In this document: positions 18,256 through 27,525 of the stretch, piece by piece
Numbering within the stretch: the first letter of the stretch is position 1
Layout of the letters: the number at the start of each line of letters is the position of its first letter
Origin: Myxococcota bacterium
GTDB lineage: Bacteria > Myxococcota_A > UBA9160 > PR03
NCBI GenBank assembly: GCA_041611735.1
Contig: JBFIML010000034.1
Coordinates: forward strand, 1 to 48,865
Reading direction: 5' to 3'
DNA: 48,865 nucleotides
Program-made: the position numbers and the translations under genes
Notes under the pieces: generated by a model
Databases searched by the model: none
Told to the model about the DNA's origin: nothing
The model's input: only the letters and a program-made list of their open reading frames with translations

Positions 18256-19466
18256 GTGAGCCCTCCGATGCTGAGCAGTCCGGAGCCCCCGGATCCGCAG
18301 CCGCCGCAGCCGCCACTCCCGCACCCGCTGGCCGCCGCGCCCGCCCCCCCGCCGCCGGGTTCCGAGACCGCGTCGGCCAGGGCTCCGGAGTAGGTGCGCT
18401 CGCGCACGGCCGAGAGCCGGCACAGGAAGTCCACGTGGGAGTCCTGCCGGCTCGTCTCCCAGAGCGCCACGCCCGGGCAGTTGTGGCAGGAGACGCGGCT
18501 CGGGCAGCTGCCGCACTTCGAGGCGTCGTCGCGCCGCAAGGCGAGGATCTTGGGAAACTCCCGCCGGTAGATCTCCTCGAGCGGCTGCTCGCGCAGGCTG
18601 TGCCGGAAGTTCTTCACCATCAGGCACACCTGCACGTTCCCGTAGGGGTCCACGTGCAGGGAGTTGCGACCGGCGCCGCAGGAGAAGAGCGCATTCGGGT
18701 CCAGGGCCGGCGCGTCGTCCTCGGTCAGATGGCGGCGCCAGGCGCGGTCCTTCTCCGGGTCGGCGGCCTCGAGCGCCACGATCTCCTCGGGCGCCAGCCG
18801 CAGCGCGTGGGGGCGGCGGTCGCCCTCCATGGTCGCGAGCAGCACCGGGTCGTAGCGGAAGTCGACGCCCAGGTCCTTGGCCAGCTGCGCGAGCCCCGGG
18901 ATCTCGTGGGCGTTCTCCCGGGTGGCAGGGCACTTGAGCGCCAGGGGGTGCCCCGCCGCCAGCACGCGCTGGATGCCGGCCAGGCAGCGATCGTAGGAAC
19001 CCTGCACCGCCACCACCTGCTCGTAGACCTGACGCGTGAGCCCGTAGAGCGAGATCTCCACCAGGTAGGGGGGATAGGCCTCCCACAGCTCGGCGATGCG
19101 GTCGTCGATCAGCGTCCCGTTGGTGAAGACGGTGACCAGCATTCCGAGCTCCTTGGCATGGCGGTAGAGCTCGGGAAAGTCCTTGCGCAGCAGGGGGTCT
19201 CCCCCCGTCAGCAGCAGGAAGAGGGTTCCAAGCCCGGCGAGCCGGTCGAGCAGGGCCCGGATCTCGTCGCCCGAGAGCTCCTGGCTGCGCTCGCCCGGCG
19301 GGCAGTAGCAGTGCGTGCAGTGCAGGTTGCAGCGATAGGTGAGCTCGATGGACGCGGAGACGGGGACCCGCTCTGCGACGATGCGCCGCTTGTAGTCCTT
19401 GCTGAGCGCGTCGCTGCGCACGTGCTCGAGATGGGGCATGCGCGCCGCGGCCCGGGCGAAGTTCAC
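18252..19466 (-). CDS. Radical SAM/SPASM domain peptide maturase
   Basis: CNLHCTHC, TGGDP, FTNG; SPASM CGAG...GNVQVC...CGSCPSRVSCHNCP...FLC. Confidence 0.93.
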   Translation of the reverse strand: MNFARAAARMPHLEHVRSDALSKDYKRRIVAERVPVSASIELTYRCNLHCTHCYCPPGERSQELSGDEIRALLDRLAGLGTLFLLLTGGDPLLRKDFPELYRHAKELGMLVTVFTNGTLIDDRIAELWEAYPPYLVEISLYGLTRQVYEQVVAVQGSYDRCLAGIQRVLAAGHPLALKCPATRENAHEIPGLAQLAKDLGVDFRYDPVLLATMEGDRRPHALRLAPEEIVALEAADPEKDRAWRRHLTEDDAPALDPNALFSCGAGRNSLHVDPYGNVQVCLMVKNFRHSLREQPLEEIYRREFPKILALRRDDASKCGSCPSRVSCHNCPGVALWETSRQDSHVDFLCRLSAVRERTYSGALADAVSEPGGGGAGAAASGCGSGGCGGCGSGGSGLLSIGGLT

Positions 19467-19753
19467 GTCCCCACCTCCTCGACGCAGCCGGCCTCGACGA
19501 GCTGGGCCAGGAACTCGTCCAGGTCCGCGCGCGCGCGCGCCGGCTCCACCTCGAAGGCCCGCGTCACGGCGCGGACCACGGCGCCCGCGGGCCGGCGCCC
19601 ATCGAGGCGCTCCCAGACGAAGGTCCCGACCTCGTTCAGGGTGAAGAGACCCATCTCCTGGGCCCGGTGGCGAACCGGCACCAGGATCGTCTCTCCCGCG
19701 ATGCGCCGGGCCACGATCCCCGGCCGGCGCGCCCAGCTCCGCTCGTCGCTCAT
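19463..19753 (-). CDS. PqqD family RiPP recognition element (RRE)
   Basis: IVARRIAGETILVP...LFTLNEVGTFVWERLDG...ARADLDEFLAQL; 96 aa. Confidence 0.93.
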   Translation of the reverse strand: MSDERSWARRPGIVARRIAGETILVPVRHRAQEMGLFTLNEVGTFVWERLDGRRPAGAVVRAVTRAFEVEPARARADLDEFLAQLVEAGCVEEVGT

Positions 19754-20907
19754 CCTGCACCTCCCGGGACCGCGCGCGGGTCCGTGCTCTCCGGCGTCGC
19801 TCGCCGGCCGCGGCGCGCCACGCCCCGGGCCACGTACCACGCGTCCCCGGGACGTGCGGCCCAGGCGGCGGTGCGCGCCACGTCCCACCAGCTCTCGCCC
19901 AGCAGCAGCTTGGCCAGCCGTGCCGGCCGTCGCGCGTGGGGGCGGGCAAAGGAGACCGCCAGGCTGCGGTGCAGCAGCCGGCGCCGCACGGGCCCCGGGG
20001 CCAGCCGCGCCAGCACCTCCTTGGGCACCGGGGTGCGCAGCAGGTCCCGGGCCGCGGCAAGGCCGGCGTAGAGCGGAGCGCGCAACCGCCGCTGCTCCGC
20101 CTCCCGCAGCAGCTCGCTCCACTCCAGGGGCTCGCCGACCAGCATGCGGTGCAGGTCCACCAGCCAGATCCAGCGCTCGAACGCATGGCGCGCCCCGTGC
20201 ACGGCGCCGAACAGGAGGCTTCCCAGCCGGCTCGGGATCCGCGCACCGGGCCGTACGTCGTCGACGCACAGCTCGCGCAGGAAGATCTCTCCGGGCAACG
20301 CGAAGCCGCGCATCAGGCTCTCCGGGCCGGCCCAGGCCCAGTGCAGCTCCAGAAACACGTTCACCCCGGCCACGCGGCGGTGGAAGGCCACCTCGTGGCC
20401 TCCGGCCAGGGCGGCCGCTCCGCCCGTGGCCGGGGCGAAGCCGAGTCTCGCCAGCGTCTGCATGGCCCGTCCGCGCTCCGCGCGGGCCACGATCAGATCC
20501 AGGTCGTCCATGGGTCGGGTGCCCGCATCGGCGTAGAGCGGCGGCGTCCCCTCCAGGAAGGCCCAGCCCTTGAGCGGCGCGGCCGGGATGCCGCGGGCGG
20601 CCAGCGCCTCGCGCACCTCGGCACCGGCGGCGGTGGCCACGGCGTTGCGCCGGGCCGTGGCCCGGTGCAGCACCCGGCACAGCTCGCGGAACGAGGCCGG
20701 CAGCGGATCCGCGAGGCGCCCCTCGGCGAACGCGGCGTGCAGGAGCGGGGCCACGCGGTGTCGGCGCGCCAGGGCCCCCACCGCCTCTTCCTCGAAGGGG
20801 AGCTCGTCGTCGAAGGGATCGCCGGCCCGGGCCGAGCCCAGCGCGGTGCGCAACAGGTGGGCGAGCCAGCGCTCGGCCGGGACGCTATGGCGGGACAGCA
20901 CGATCAA
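19750..20907 (-). CDS. Nucleotidyltransferase family protein (NTP_transf_5 type); start may be 20901, 20919 or 21015
   Basis: PLKG, RPMDDLDLIV (DxD), LELHW, WLVDL; ATGA overlap with pqqD. Confidence 0.85.
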   Translation of the reverse strand: MIVLSRHSVPAERWLAHLLRTALGSARAGDPFDDELPFEEEAVGALARRHRVAPLLHAAFAEGRLADPLPASFRELCRVLHRATARRNAVATAAGAEVREALAARGIPAAPLKGWAFLEGTPPLYADAGTRPMDDLDLIVARAERGRAMQTLARLGFAPATGGAAALAGGHEVAFHRRVAGVNVFLELHWAWAGPESLMRGFALPGEIFLRELCVDDVRPGARIPSRLGSLLFGAVHGARHAFERWIWLVDLHRMLVGEPLEWSELLREAEQRRLRAPLYAGLAAARDLLRTPVPKEVLARLAPGPVRRRLLHRSLAVSFARPHARRPARLAKLLLGESWWDVARTAAWAARPGDAWYVARGVARRGRRATPESTDPRAVPGGAG

Positions 20908-20975
20908 GGCGTCCTCCACGTCCTCCGGGGAGGAGCGGAGCCGCTCCTCGGGGCTTCTCCCCAGGCGACGCCTCC

Positions 20976-21003
20976 GTATCGGACCGGAGTCCGGCCGGCT
21001 TGA
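20976..21003 (-). promoter_or_regulatory. sigma28/FliA-like promoter of the RiPP operon
   Basis: TCAA-16 nt-TCCGATAC. Confidence 0.55.
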
Positions 21004-21109
21004 GGCGCGCTTCACCCTCCCGGCCCGGGGCCTTGGCGGCCTCGGCTGCCGCCCCGTGGGAGCGCAGCCCGGCTGCGGGCCGCCGGGCTGCCCCGGCCCG
21101 GGCGGGCTG

Positions 21110-22285
21110 CTAGGCGCTCGGGGCCGCGGAGGGGGCGAGGCGTCCGGTGAGAGGGCTCCGCGCCGGCAGGGCCAGCTCCCGGTAGGCCAGCTCGATGCGC
21201 TCGAAGACGGCCCGCTCGTCGAAGCAGGCCTCGGCCCGGGCGCGCGCGGCCACCCCGAGGCTGCGGGCCCGGGGCGGGTCGGCGAACAGGGCGTCGAGGG
21301 CCGCCCGCAGGGCGGCGGGGTGGCGCGGCGGCACCAGCAGACCGGTGCGGCGGTGCAGCACCGCCTCCCGGCAGCCGCGGATCGACGTGGCCACCAGCGG
21401 GCGCGCCAGGGCGGAGGCCTCCAGCAGCGCGCGCGGAAAGCCCTCCCGGTAGGAAGGCAGCACCACCGCATCCATGGCCGCCACGAAGGGGGCGGGATCC
21501 CGCTGCAGCCCCAGCCAACGCACGCCGGGACGGGCGGCGAGCCGCTCGGGAGCCAGGGCGTCTTGCTTGGCGATGCGCTCGTCGGGCCCCACCAGCCAGA
21601 GCGCGAGCCCCGGGCGTCCGGCCACGGCGCGCACCAGGTCCTCGACTCCCTTCTCCCGCACCAGACGGCCCACGAACCCGACCACGCGCTCGCCGGCCCG
21701 CACGCCGAGCCTGCGTCGCACCGCCGCGCGAGCGTCCGGCCCGAAGCGCAGCGGTGCGAAGCGGGCCAGGTCGACCCCGTTGCCCAGCGGGCGCAGGCGC
21801 TCGTCGGGCACGATGCGTCGCCAGCGGGCCGTGCGCACGTCCTCCGCACTCTGGCACAGCACCAGGTCCGCCAGGCGCGCGGAGAGCGCTTCGACGGCAC
21901 GCCAGCTGCGACGCACCCAGCGTCGCTGTCCCTCGTGCGAGTAGAGGCCGTGCACGGTGGAGACGACGCGCGGCACGCCGGCCAGGCGGGCGGCCAGCGC
22001 CCCCAGCGCGTTCACCTTGGGGTTGTGGGTGTGCACCACGTCGTAGCCCTGGCGGCGGAAGAGCCTCACGTAGCGCAGCAGGGTGGCCACGTCGGCCAGG
22101 GGCTCGATGCGGCGGGAGTTGGCCACGGCGTGCACGCACCAGCCCTCGGCGCGAAGCTCCTCGACCAGGTCGCCGGGGCCGCACACGATCTCCACGTGGT
22201 GCCCGGCGGCGCGCAGGGCACCCAGCTGCCCGCGCAGCAGGAAGGCACAGAAGTAGTCCGTGTTGGCGACGTGGGCGATGCGCAT
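21110..22285 (-). CDS. GT4 glycosyltransferase
   Basis: VHTHNPK, GNGVD, FVGRLVREKG, PSYREGFPRALLEA. Confidence 0.93.
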   Translation of the reverse strand: MRIAHVANTDYFCAFLLRGQLGALRAAGHHVEIVCGPGDLVEELRAEGWCVHAVANSRRIEPLADVATLLRYVRLFRRQGYDVVHTHNPKVNALGALAARLAGVPRVVSTVHGLYSHEGQRRWVRRSWRAVEALSARLADLVLCQSAEDVRTARWRRIVPDERLRPLGNGVDLARFAPLRFGPDARAAVRRRLGVRAGERVVGFVGRLVREKGVEDLVRAVAGRPGLALWLVGPDERIAKQDALAPERLAARPGVRWLGLQRDPAPFVAAMDAVVLPSYREGFPRALLEASALARPLVATSIRGCREAVLHRRTGLLVPPRHPAALRAALDALFADPPRARSLGVAARARAEACFDERAVFERIELAYRELALPARSPLTGRLAPSAAPSA

Positions 22286-22292
22286 GGTGCCC

Positions 22293-24179
22293 TCACGCGA
22301 CGCGGTGCCGGGTGCCCCAGTCGGTCAGCACCACCAGGCTCCAGATCCGCCAGGCGTGGTCGGCCCGGCGGCGGGCGTGCTCCTGCACGAGGCGGCTCAC
22401 CGCAGCGGAGTCGAGCCATCCCGTGCGCCGCAGCCGTTCGGGGGCCAGCGTGTCCGCCACGAACTCCCCCAGCGCCCCCCGGATCCAGCCGCCGACCGGG
22501 GCGTCGAAGCCGGCCTTCGCGCGGCGCCGCACGGCGGCGGGCAGTCGCGGCCCGAAGACGTCGAGCAGCGCCAGCTTGCCGCGCCCGCCGCGCTGCTTGC
22601 GGAGCGAGGGGAGCCGCACCGCATGCTCCACCACGCGGTGGTCCAGGAAGGGCACGCGCACCTCGAGGCCGTGAGCCATGCTGCCCCGGTCCACCTTGAC
22701 CAGCATGTCGTCCGGAAGCCCGAGGCAGAGGTCGACGCGCAGCCGGGCATCCAGGCCGTCGCGGCCGCCGAGCCGCGCACGCAGCTCGCAGAAGTGGGCG
22801 AAGCCCGCCTCGCCGTCGCCGTCCAGGCCCGGCACCAGGGCCTGCTTCTCAACGGCCCGGAACAGGCACCCCAGCGCGAAGGCACGCCCCGGTTCGGAGA
22901 GGCCTTCCGCCTCCAGCAGCTTGCGCGCGCGTCGGCCCAGCTCCCCGAGGCGGCTGGCCCGGTCCTCCCCGAGCCGACGCAGGAGCGGTCCCACCACCCG
23001 CTGGCGCAGCGGGGCCGGGAGACGCTGCCAGCGGGCGAGCCAGTGCTCGGCCCGGTAGCGGCGATAGCCGGCGAAGAGCTCGTCGGCTCCGTCTCCCGCC
23101 AGCACGACGGTGACCCGCTCCCGGGCGGCGCGCGCAAGGAGGCTCACGGGCAGCAGGGAAGAGTCCGCCAGCGGCTCGTCGAGGCGGGCCACCAGGGCGG
23201 GCGCACTCCGGCGCACCTCGTCGCCACGAATCGCTACCTCGTGGTGGCGCGTGCCCAGGAAGCGCGCCGCCCGGCGGGCGTAGTCTCCCTCGTCGAGGCG
23301 CGGGCACTCCGGGAAGCGGGCGGAGAAGGTGTCCAGGGAGCCGCGCTCCCGCACCGCGAGGGCGGTGACCAGGGTCGAGTCGAGGCCGCCCGAGAGGAAG
23401 CTTCCCACCGGGACGTCGCTGCGCAGCTGCAGGCGCACCGCATCCACCAGCTTCGCGTACAGGCCCTCGCGCCAGCCCCGGGGCCCTGCCTGCTCCGGAG
23501 CAGGCAGCGACCACCAGCGCTCGATGCGTGCCCGGCCGCGCTCCCACACGAGCAGGGTTCCGGGCTGGAGCTTCGCGATGCCCCGGACCAGCGTCCGCGG
23601 CGACGGCGCGAAGCCGAAGTCGAGATAGGCGGAGAGCGCAGCCCGGTCGAGATGGCGCTCGGCCCGAGGATCCACGAGCAGCACCGCGAGCTCCGAGGCG
23701 AAGGCCATCCCGCGCGGCCCGTTGCGATGGAAGAGGGGCTTCACGCCGAGCCGATCGCGCACCAGGGTGAGGCGTCCGGGCTCGGGCTCCCAGAAGGCGG
23801 CGGCGAAGATCCCGTTGGCCTGCCGGAAGGCCTCGGGTCCCTGCGCCTCGAAGAGCTCGAGCAGCACCTCCGTGTCGGTGCGCGTGCGCCAGGGGAAGCC
23901 CGCCAGACGGCGGCGCAGCTCCGGGTGGTTGAAGATCTCCCCGTTCAGGACGATCCACGTGCGTCCCGAGCGACTCGCCATGGGCTGGGCGCCCGCGGGC
24001 GTGGGATCGAAGACCGCCAGGCGGCGGTGGACGAGGCCCGCCCGCCAGTCGCCCGCCGCAGCGGGCGGCCGCACGATGCCCTCTCCGTCCGGCCCCCGGT
24101 GCGCCAGCGCCGCCGCCATGCCGCGCAGCGACGCCTCCTCGACGGCTCCTCGCGCCACGATGCCGGCGATGCCGCACAC
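22293..24179 (-). CDS. asnB: Asparagine synthase (glutamine-hydrolysing)-like amidotransferase
   Basis: N-terminal MCGIAG, HRGPD, NGEIFN, RDRLGVKPL, LSGGLDS, GDGADELF, EVRVPFLD. Confidence 0.93.
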   Translation of the reverse strand: MCGIAGIVARGAVEEASLRGMAAALAHRGPDGEGIVRPPAAAGDWRAGLVHRRLAVFDPTPAGAQPMASRSGRTWIVLNGEIFNHPELRRRLAGFPWRTRTDTEVLLELFEAQGPEAFRQANGIFAAAFWEPEPGRLTLVRDRLGVKPLFHRNGPRGMAFASELAVLLVDPRAERHLDRAALSAYLDFGFAPSPRTLVRGIAKLQPGTLLVWERGRARIERWWSLPAPEQAGPRGWREGLYAKLVDAVRLQLRSDVPVGSFLSGGLDSTLVTALAVRERGSLDTFSARFPECPRLDEGDYARRAARFLGTRHHEVAIRGDEVRRSAPALVARLDEPLADSSLLPVSLLARAARERVTVVLAGDGADELFAGYRRYRAEHWLARWQRLPAPLRQRVVGPLLRRLGEDRASRLGELGRRARKLLEAEGLSEPGRAFALGCLFRAVEKQALVPGLDGDGEAGFAHFCELRARLGGRDGLDARLRVDLCLGLPDDMLVKVDRGSMAHGLEVRVPFLDHRVVEHAVRLPSLRKQRGGRGKLALLDVFGPRLPAAVRRRAKAGFDAPVGGWIRGALGEFVADTLAPERLRRTGWLDSAAVSRLVQEHARRRADHAWRIWSLVVLTDWGTRHRVA

Positions 24180-24182
24180 GGC

Positions 24183-25082
24183 TCAGCCGACGCCCCACGC
24201 CCGCCGCCGCTCGGCCCGGCAGGCGGCCACCCCACGCCACTGGTCGCGAAGCGCCCGGCGCAGATGCGGGCGCCCGAGCGCCTGGAGCAGCTTCGCGCCC
24301 TGGAACACGACGAGGCCCGGAAGCTGCGCCACGAACTCCCGGCGCCGAGCGTTGCGCAGGGAGAGCCACAGCCGGTTGCGCACCAGGTGATACTCGACGA
24401 ACGCCGGCGAGGCGCCCGACCCGCCGCGCTGGTGCTCGGCCTCCGCGTCCGGCACGTAGCGGGTGCGCCAGCCCGCGCGCCGCAGCCGCCAGGCCAGGTC
24501 CACGTCCTCGTAGTACATGAAGAAGCGCTCGGCGAAGGGCGCCTCGCCGGGCACGGAGATGCGGCGCAGGGCGGCGGAGCGGTAGAGTGCCGCCGCCCCG
24601 CAGGCCCCGAACACGTCCTCCTCCCGGGGGTGGCGCTCCGGGGCGGCCCCGCGGCCACGGTCCAGATAGCGGCCGCGGGCGAGCGAGCACGCGATCCCCG
24701 CCGAATCGAGACGCCGGGGCCGACCGGGCGCCAGCAGGCGGCCTCCCGCGGCAGCCAGGCCCGGGTCCCGCTCCAGGGCGCTGGCGAGCCGGCTGAGGAA
24801 CCCGGGCCGCAGCACCACGTCGGGATTCAGGACCAGGAACCAGCGGCCCCGGGCGCGGGCGAAGTTGCGGTTGTGGGCGGCCGCGTAGCCCACGTTGCGA
24901 GCCAGCGCCCTCAGCTCCACGTCCGGATACCGGCGCCGCAGGTGAGCCACAGTGCCATCGTCGGAGGCGTTGTCCACCACCAGGATCTCGCCCACGACGG
25001 GCCCCTGCGCGCGCAGCGCCTGCAGACAGTCGTCCAGCCCGGCGCGGCTGCGGTAGGTCACGAGGCTGACGGAGACGGACAC
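24183..25082 (-). CDS. GT2 glycosyltransferase (rhamnosyltransferase-like)
   Basis: VVDNASDDG, NVGYAAAHN, LNPD, FFMYYEDVDL. Confidence 0.92.
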   Translation of the reverse strand: MSVSVSLVTYRSRAGLDDCLQALRAQGPVVGEILVVDNASDDGTVAHLRRRYPDVELRALARNVGYAAAHNRNFARARGRWFLVLNPDVVLRPGFLSRLASALERDPGLAAAGGRLLAPGRPRRLDSAGIACSLARGRYLDRGRGAAPERHPREEDVFGACGAAALYRSAALRRISVPGEAPFAERFFMYYEDVDLAWRLRRAGWRTRYVPDAEAEHQRGGSGASPAFVEYHLVRNRLWLSLRNARRREFVAQLPGLVVFQGAKLLQALGRPHLRRALRDQWRGVAACRAERRRAWGVG

Positions 25083-26362
25083 GCCGATCCTCCCGGGGCC
25101 ATCAGCTCCTCGAAGCCCGCCACCATCCGGCCCAGGGTGGCGTCGCAGGCGAGGGCGTCGCGGGCCGCCGCTGACGCGGCCGGGATCCGCTCACCGCGCC
25201 GCACGCGAGCGTGCAGCAGCGCCAGGGCGGCCAGCGTCGCCTCCCGATCGCGGGGGTCCGCCACCAGGCCGAGTCCGAAGCGCTGCACCAGACGCGTGAG
25301 CGAGCCGGGCGGCGCCAGCGCCAGCACCGGGCGCTCCGCCCCCGCCGCATCGAAGAGCTTGCCGGGCACGGGCTGACCGCCGAGGGGGCCGTCGGCGCCG
25401 AGCACGAGCGCCACGTGGGCGGCGCGCAGCACGCGGCCGAGCTCGGCCCGGGGCGCCGGCGGCTCCACGCGCACCCAGCCCGCCAGGCCGGCCCGGCGAA
25501 CGGCGGCGGCGACGGCGGGCTCCGCGCCCACCAGGCGCACACGCACCTGGGCGGGAACCCGCGCATCGCGCCGGGACCACACGCGCAGGGCATCGATCAG
25601 ACGCTCCAGCATCCCGCTGCGGTTCAGGAGCAAGGTGCCCGCGTGCACGATCTCGAAGCGCTGCGCCGGGGGCTCCACGTGCCTCCAGGCCGCGAACTCT
25701 TCCGGCGCGAAGCCGGTCAGCGCCAGCTCGCTGCGGGCGGCCAGGCCCGGCATGCGTGCGCGGTAGTGCTCGGCGACCGCCTCGGAGGCGAAGAAGACCC
25801 GATCGGCCCGGCGCAGCACGCCGGCCTCGAGGCGCCGCTCGAAGGCCTGGCGACGCGCCGGGAGCGCCACGCGCGAGTGATCGCAGGTCCAGCCGTCGCG
25901 GAAGTCCGCCACCCAGGGCACGCCGCAGGCTTGCGCCGCCAGCCCGGGGAGGTGGGCCGAGTACGGCGGACAGCTGGTGTAGACGAGGTCCACGCAGCGG
26001 GTAGCCGCCAGCGCCGCCGCGACGGGGGCGGCGAGCAGGCTCCAGCCCACGTGCAGGTCCGGGACCAGCCAGCGCGCCAGCCGCCCGGGCGTGCCGGGCG
26101 CACAGCCTCCCCTTCCACGCCGCGCGCGTCGGGCGAGCCGACCCCAGTCGGGGTTCAGGAGGCGGATCAAGCGAGTGCCGGCCGCAACCTGCGCCAGGCC
26201 CGCCGGGTCCTGGACCCAGGCGGCGTGATCGACGCTGAGCACCACGGGCTGCCAGCCCGCCGCGGCCAGGGCGCGCACCACCTTCACGGTGCGGCTCACG
26301 CCGCCGCCGCCCACGGGCGGGAAGTAGTAGGCCACCACCAGGGCGCGTCGGGAGCCTCTCAT
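25058..26362 (-). CDS. GT4-like glycosyltransferase
   Basis: VVAYYFPPVGGGGVSR, TSCPPYS, WVADFRDGW, PGKLFD. Confidence 0.88.
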   Translation of the reverse strand: MRGSRRALVVAYYFPPVGGGGVSRTVKVVRALAAAGWQPVVLSVDHAAWVQDPAGLAQVAAGTRLIRLLNPDWGRLARRARRGRGGCAPGTPGRLARWLVPDLHVGWSLLAAPVAAALAATRCVDLVYTSCPPYSAHLPGLAAQACGVPWVADFRDGWTCDHSRVALPARRQAFERRLEAGVLRRADRVFFASEAVAEHYRARMPGLAARSELALTGFAPEEFAAWRHVEPPAQRFEIVHAGTLLLNRSGMLERLIDALRVWSRRDARVPAQVRVRLVGAEPAVAAAVRRAGLAGWVRVEPPAPRAELGRVLRAAHVALVLGADGPLGGQPVPGKLFDAAGAERPVLALAPPGSLTRLVQRFGLGLVADPRDREATLAALALLHARVRRGERIPAASAAARDALACDATLGRMVAGFEELMAPGGSACPSPSAS

Positions 26363-27525
26363 GTTTCCGCCATCCAGCGCGCCAGGCGTGCCGCGGCCGC
26401 GTCGAGACGGAAGCGGCGCTCGACCTCCCTGCGTGCGCGAGTGCCCAGTGCGCGCCGCCGGGCGGGGTCGTCGAGCAGCGCCGCGAGGGCTCCCGCCAGG
26501 GCATCGGGGCGACCCGGGGGAACGAGCCATCCGGTGCGGCCGTGCGCGACGGCCTCGCCGATGCCGCCCACGGCCGTGGTCACCACGGGACGCGCCGCCG
26601 CCATGGCCTCCAGCAGGGCGACGGGCAGCCCGTCGTGGCAGCGTCCGCCGTCCACCGTCACGCACGGCAGCACGAAGAGCGCCGCGCGGCCCAGGGCGTG
26701 CGCCACCTGTTGGCGGCCCACCTCGCCCTCGAACTGCACGTGGTCCCGGAGACCGAGGGCCCGCACGCGTCGCCTCAGGAGCGGCTCGAGCGGCCCGCCG
26801 CCGAGCAGGCGCACCCGGAAGCGCTGCCGCCGGGCCGCCAGCTGCGCGGCCGCCTCGAGCAGGACCGGGATGCCCTTCTTGGCCACCAGCCGGGCCACGC
26901 AGACGATCTCCGGCGGATCCGCTTCGGGCTCCGCTGCCGGGGCGAAGCAATCCACGTCGACGCCCAGATGGGAGACCCGGATGCGCTGCGCCGCTTCCTC
27001 GCCGGCGGCGGCCCGCAGGCGGGCGCTGGTCTCGCGCGAGATGGCGCGCACGAAGGCCGCCTCGGCCACCAGGCGCGGCAGCCAGGGACGCGGGAGCTGC
27101 ACGTCGTAGGCGTGGCCCGTGAAGCTGAACGGCAGGCCCGCAAGCCGTGCCGCGGCCCAGGCGGTCCAGGCCGGGAAGGTGGCGAAGCTCCCGTGCAGGT
27201 GCTGCCAGCCCTCGACGCGGGCACGCTGCGCCAGGTGGGCCGCCAGCAGCACCAGGCGACCCGGCGCGCCCTCGCGTGCCGCCCGCCGCAGGATCGGGAG
27301 CAGCCGCGCGGGATGGACGCGTAGATCCCGCCACGCGCTGCGTAGCCAGGCGGCGCGTCCGCGTCCCGGGTAGAGCACCGGGCCGCCGTAGGCCGCTTCC
27401 CAGCGCGGAGCGGGGTCCGGGCGGAAGACCGCCGCCACCCGCACGTCGAGGCCGGCCTGGCGCAGGGCGCCCACCTCCTCCGCCACGAACGAGCAGGCGT
27501 TCTCCACCAGGACCGCGACCTTCAT
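26359..27525 (-). CDS. GT4 glycosyltransferase (WcaL-like)
   Basis: FTGHAYD, VARLVAKKG, DGLPVALLEAMA. Confidence 0.9.
   Translation of the reverse strand: MKVAVLVENACSFVAEEVGALRQAGLDVRVAAVFRPDPAPRWEAAYGGPVLYPGRGRAAWLRSAWRDLRVHPARLLPILRRAAREGAPGRLVLLAAHLAQRARVEGWQHLHGSFATFPAWTAWAAARLAGLPFSFTGHAYDVQLPRPWLPRLVAEAAFVRAISRETSARLRAAAGEEAAQRIRVSHLGVDVDCFAPAAEPEADPPEIVCVARLVAKKGIPVLLEAAAQLAARRQRFRVRLLGGGPLEPLLRRRVRALGLRDHVQFEGEVGRQQVAHALGRAALFVLPCVTVDGGRCHDGLPVALLEAMAAARPVVTTAVGGIGEAVAHGRTGWLVPPGRPDALAGALAALLDDPARRRALGTRARREVERRFRLDAAAARLARWMAET

Noticed and set aside
18252-19753. PQQ biosynthesis (pqqD/pqqE)
   Set aside because: No pqqB or pqqC, and the peptide lacks the ExxxY motif of PqqA.
22293-24179. 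AsnB as a lasso cyclase for the YxxP precursor
   Set aside because: It retains the full N-terminal Cys glutaminase domain and sits among GTs. No lasso B2 protease is in the cassette, and after the only plausible Thr(-2) site (T39) the core has no Asp/Glu at positions 7-9.
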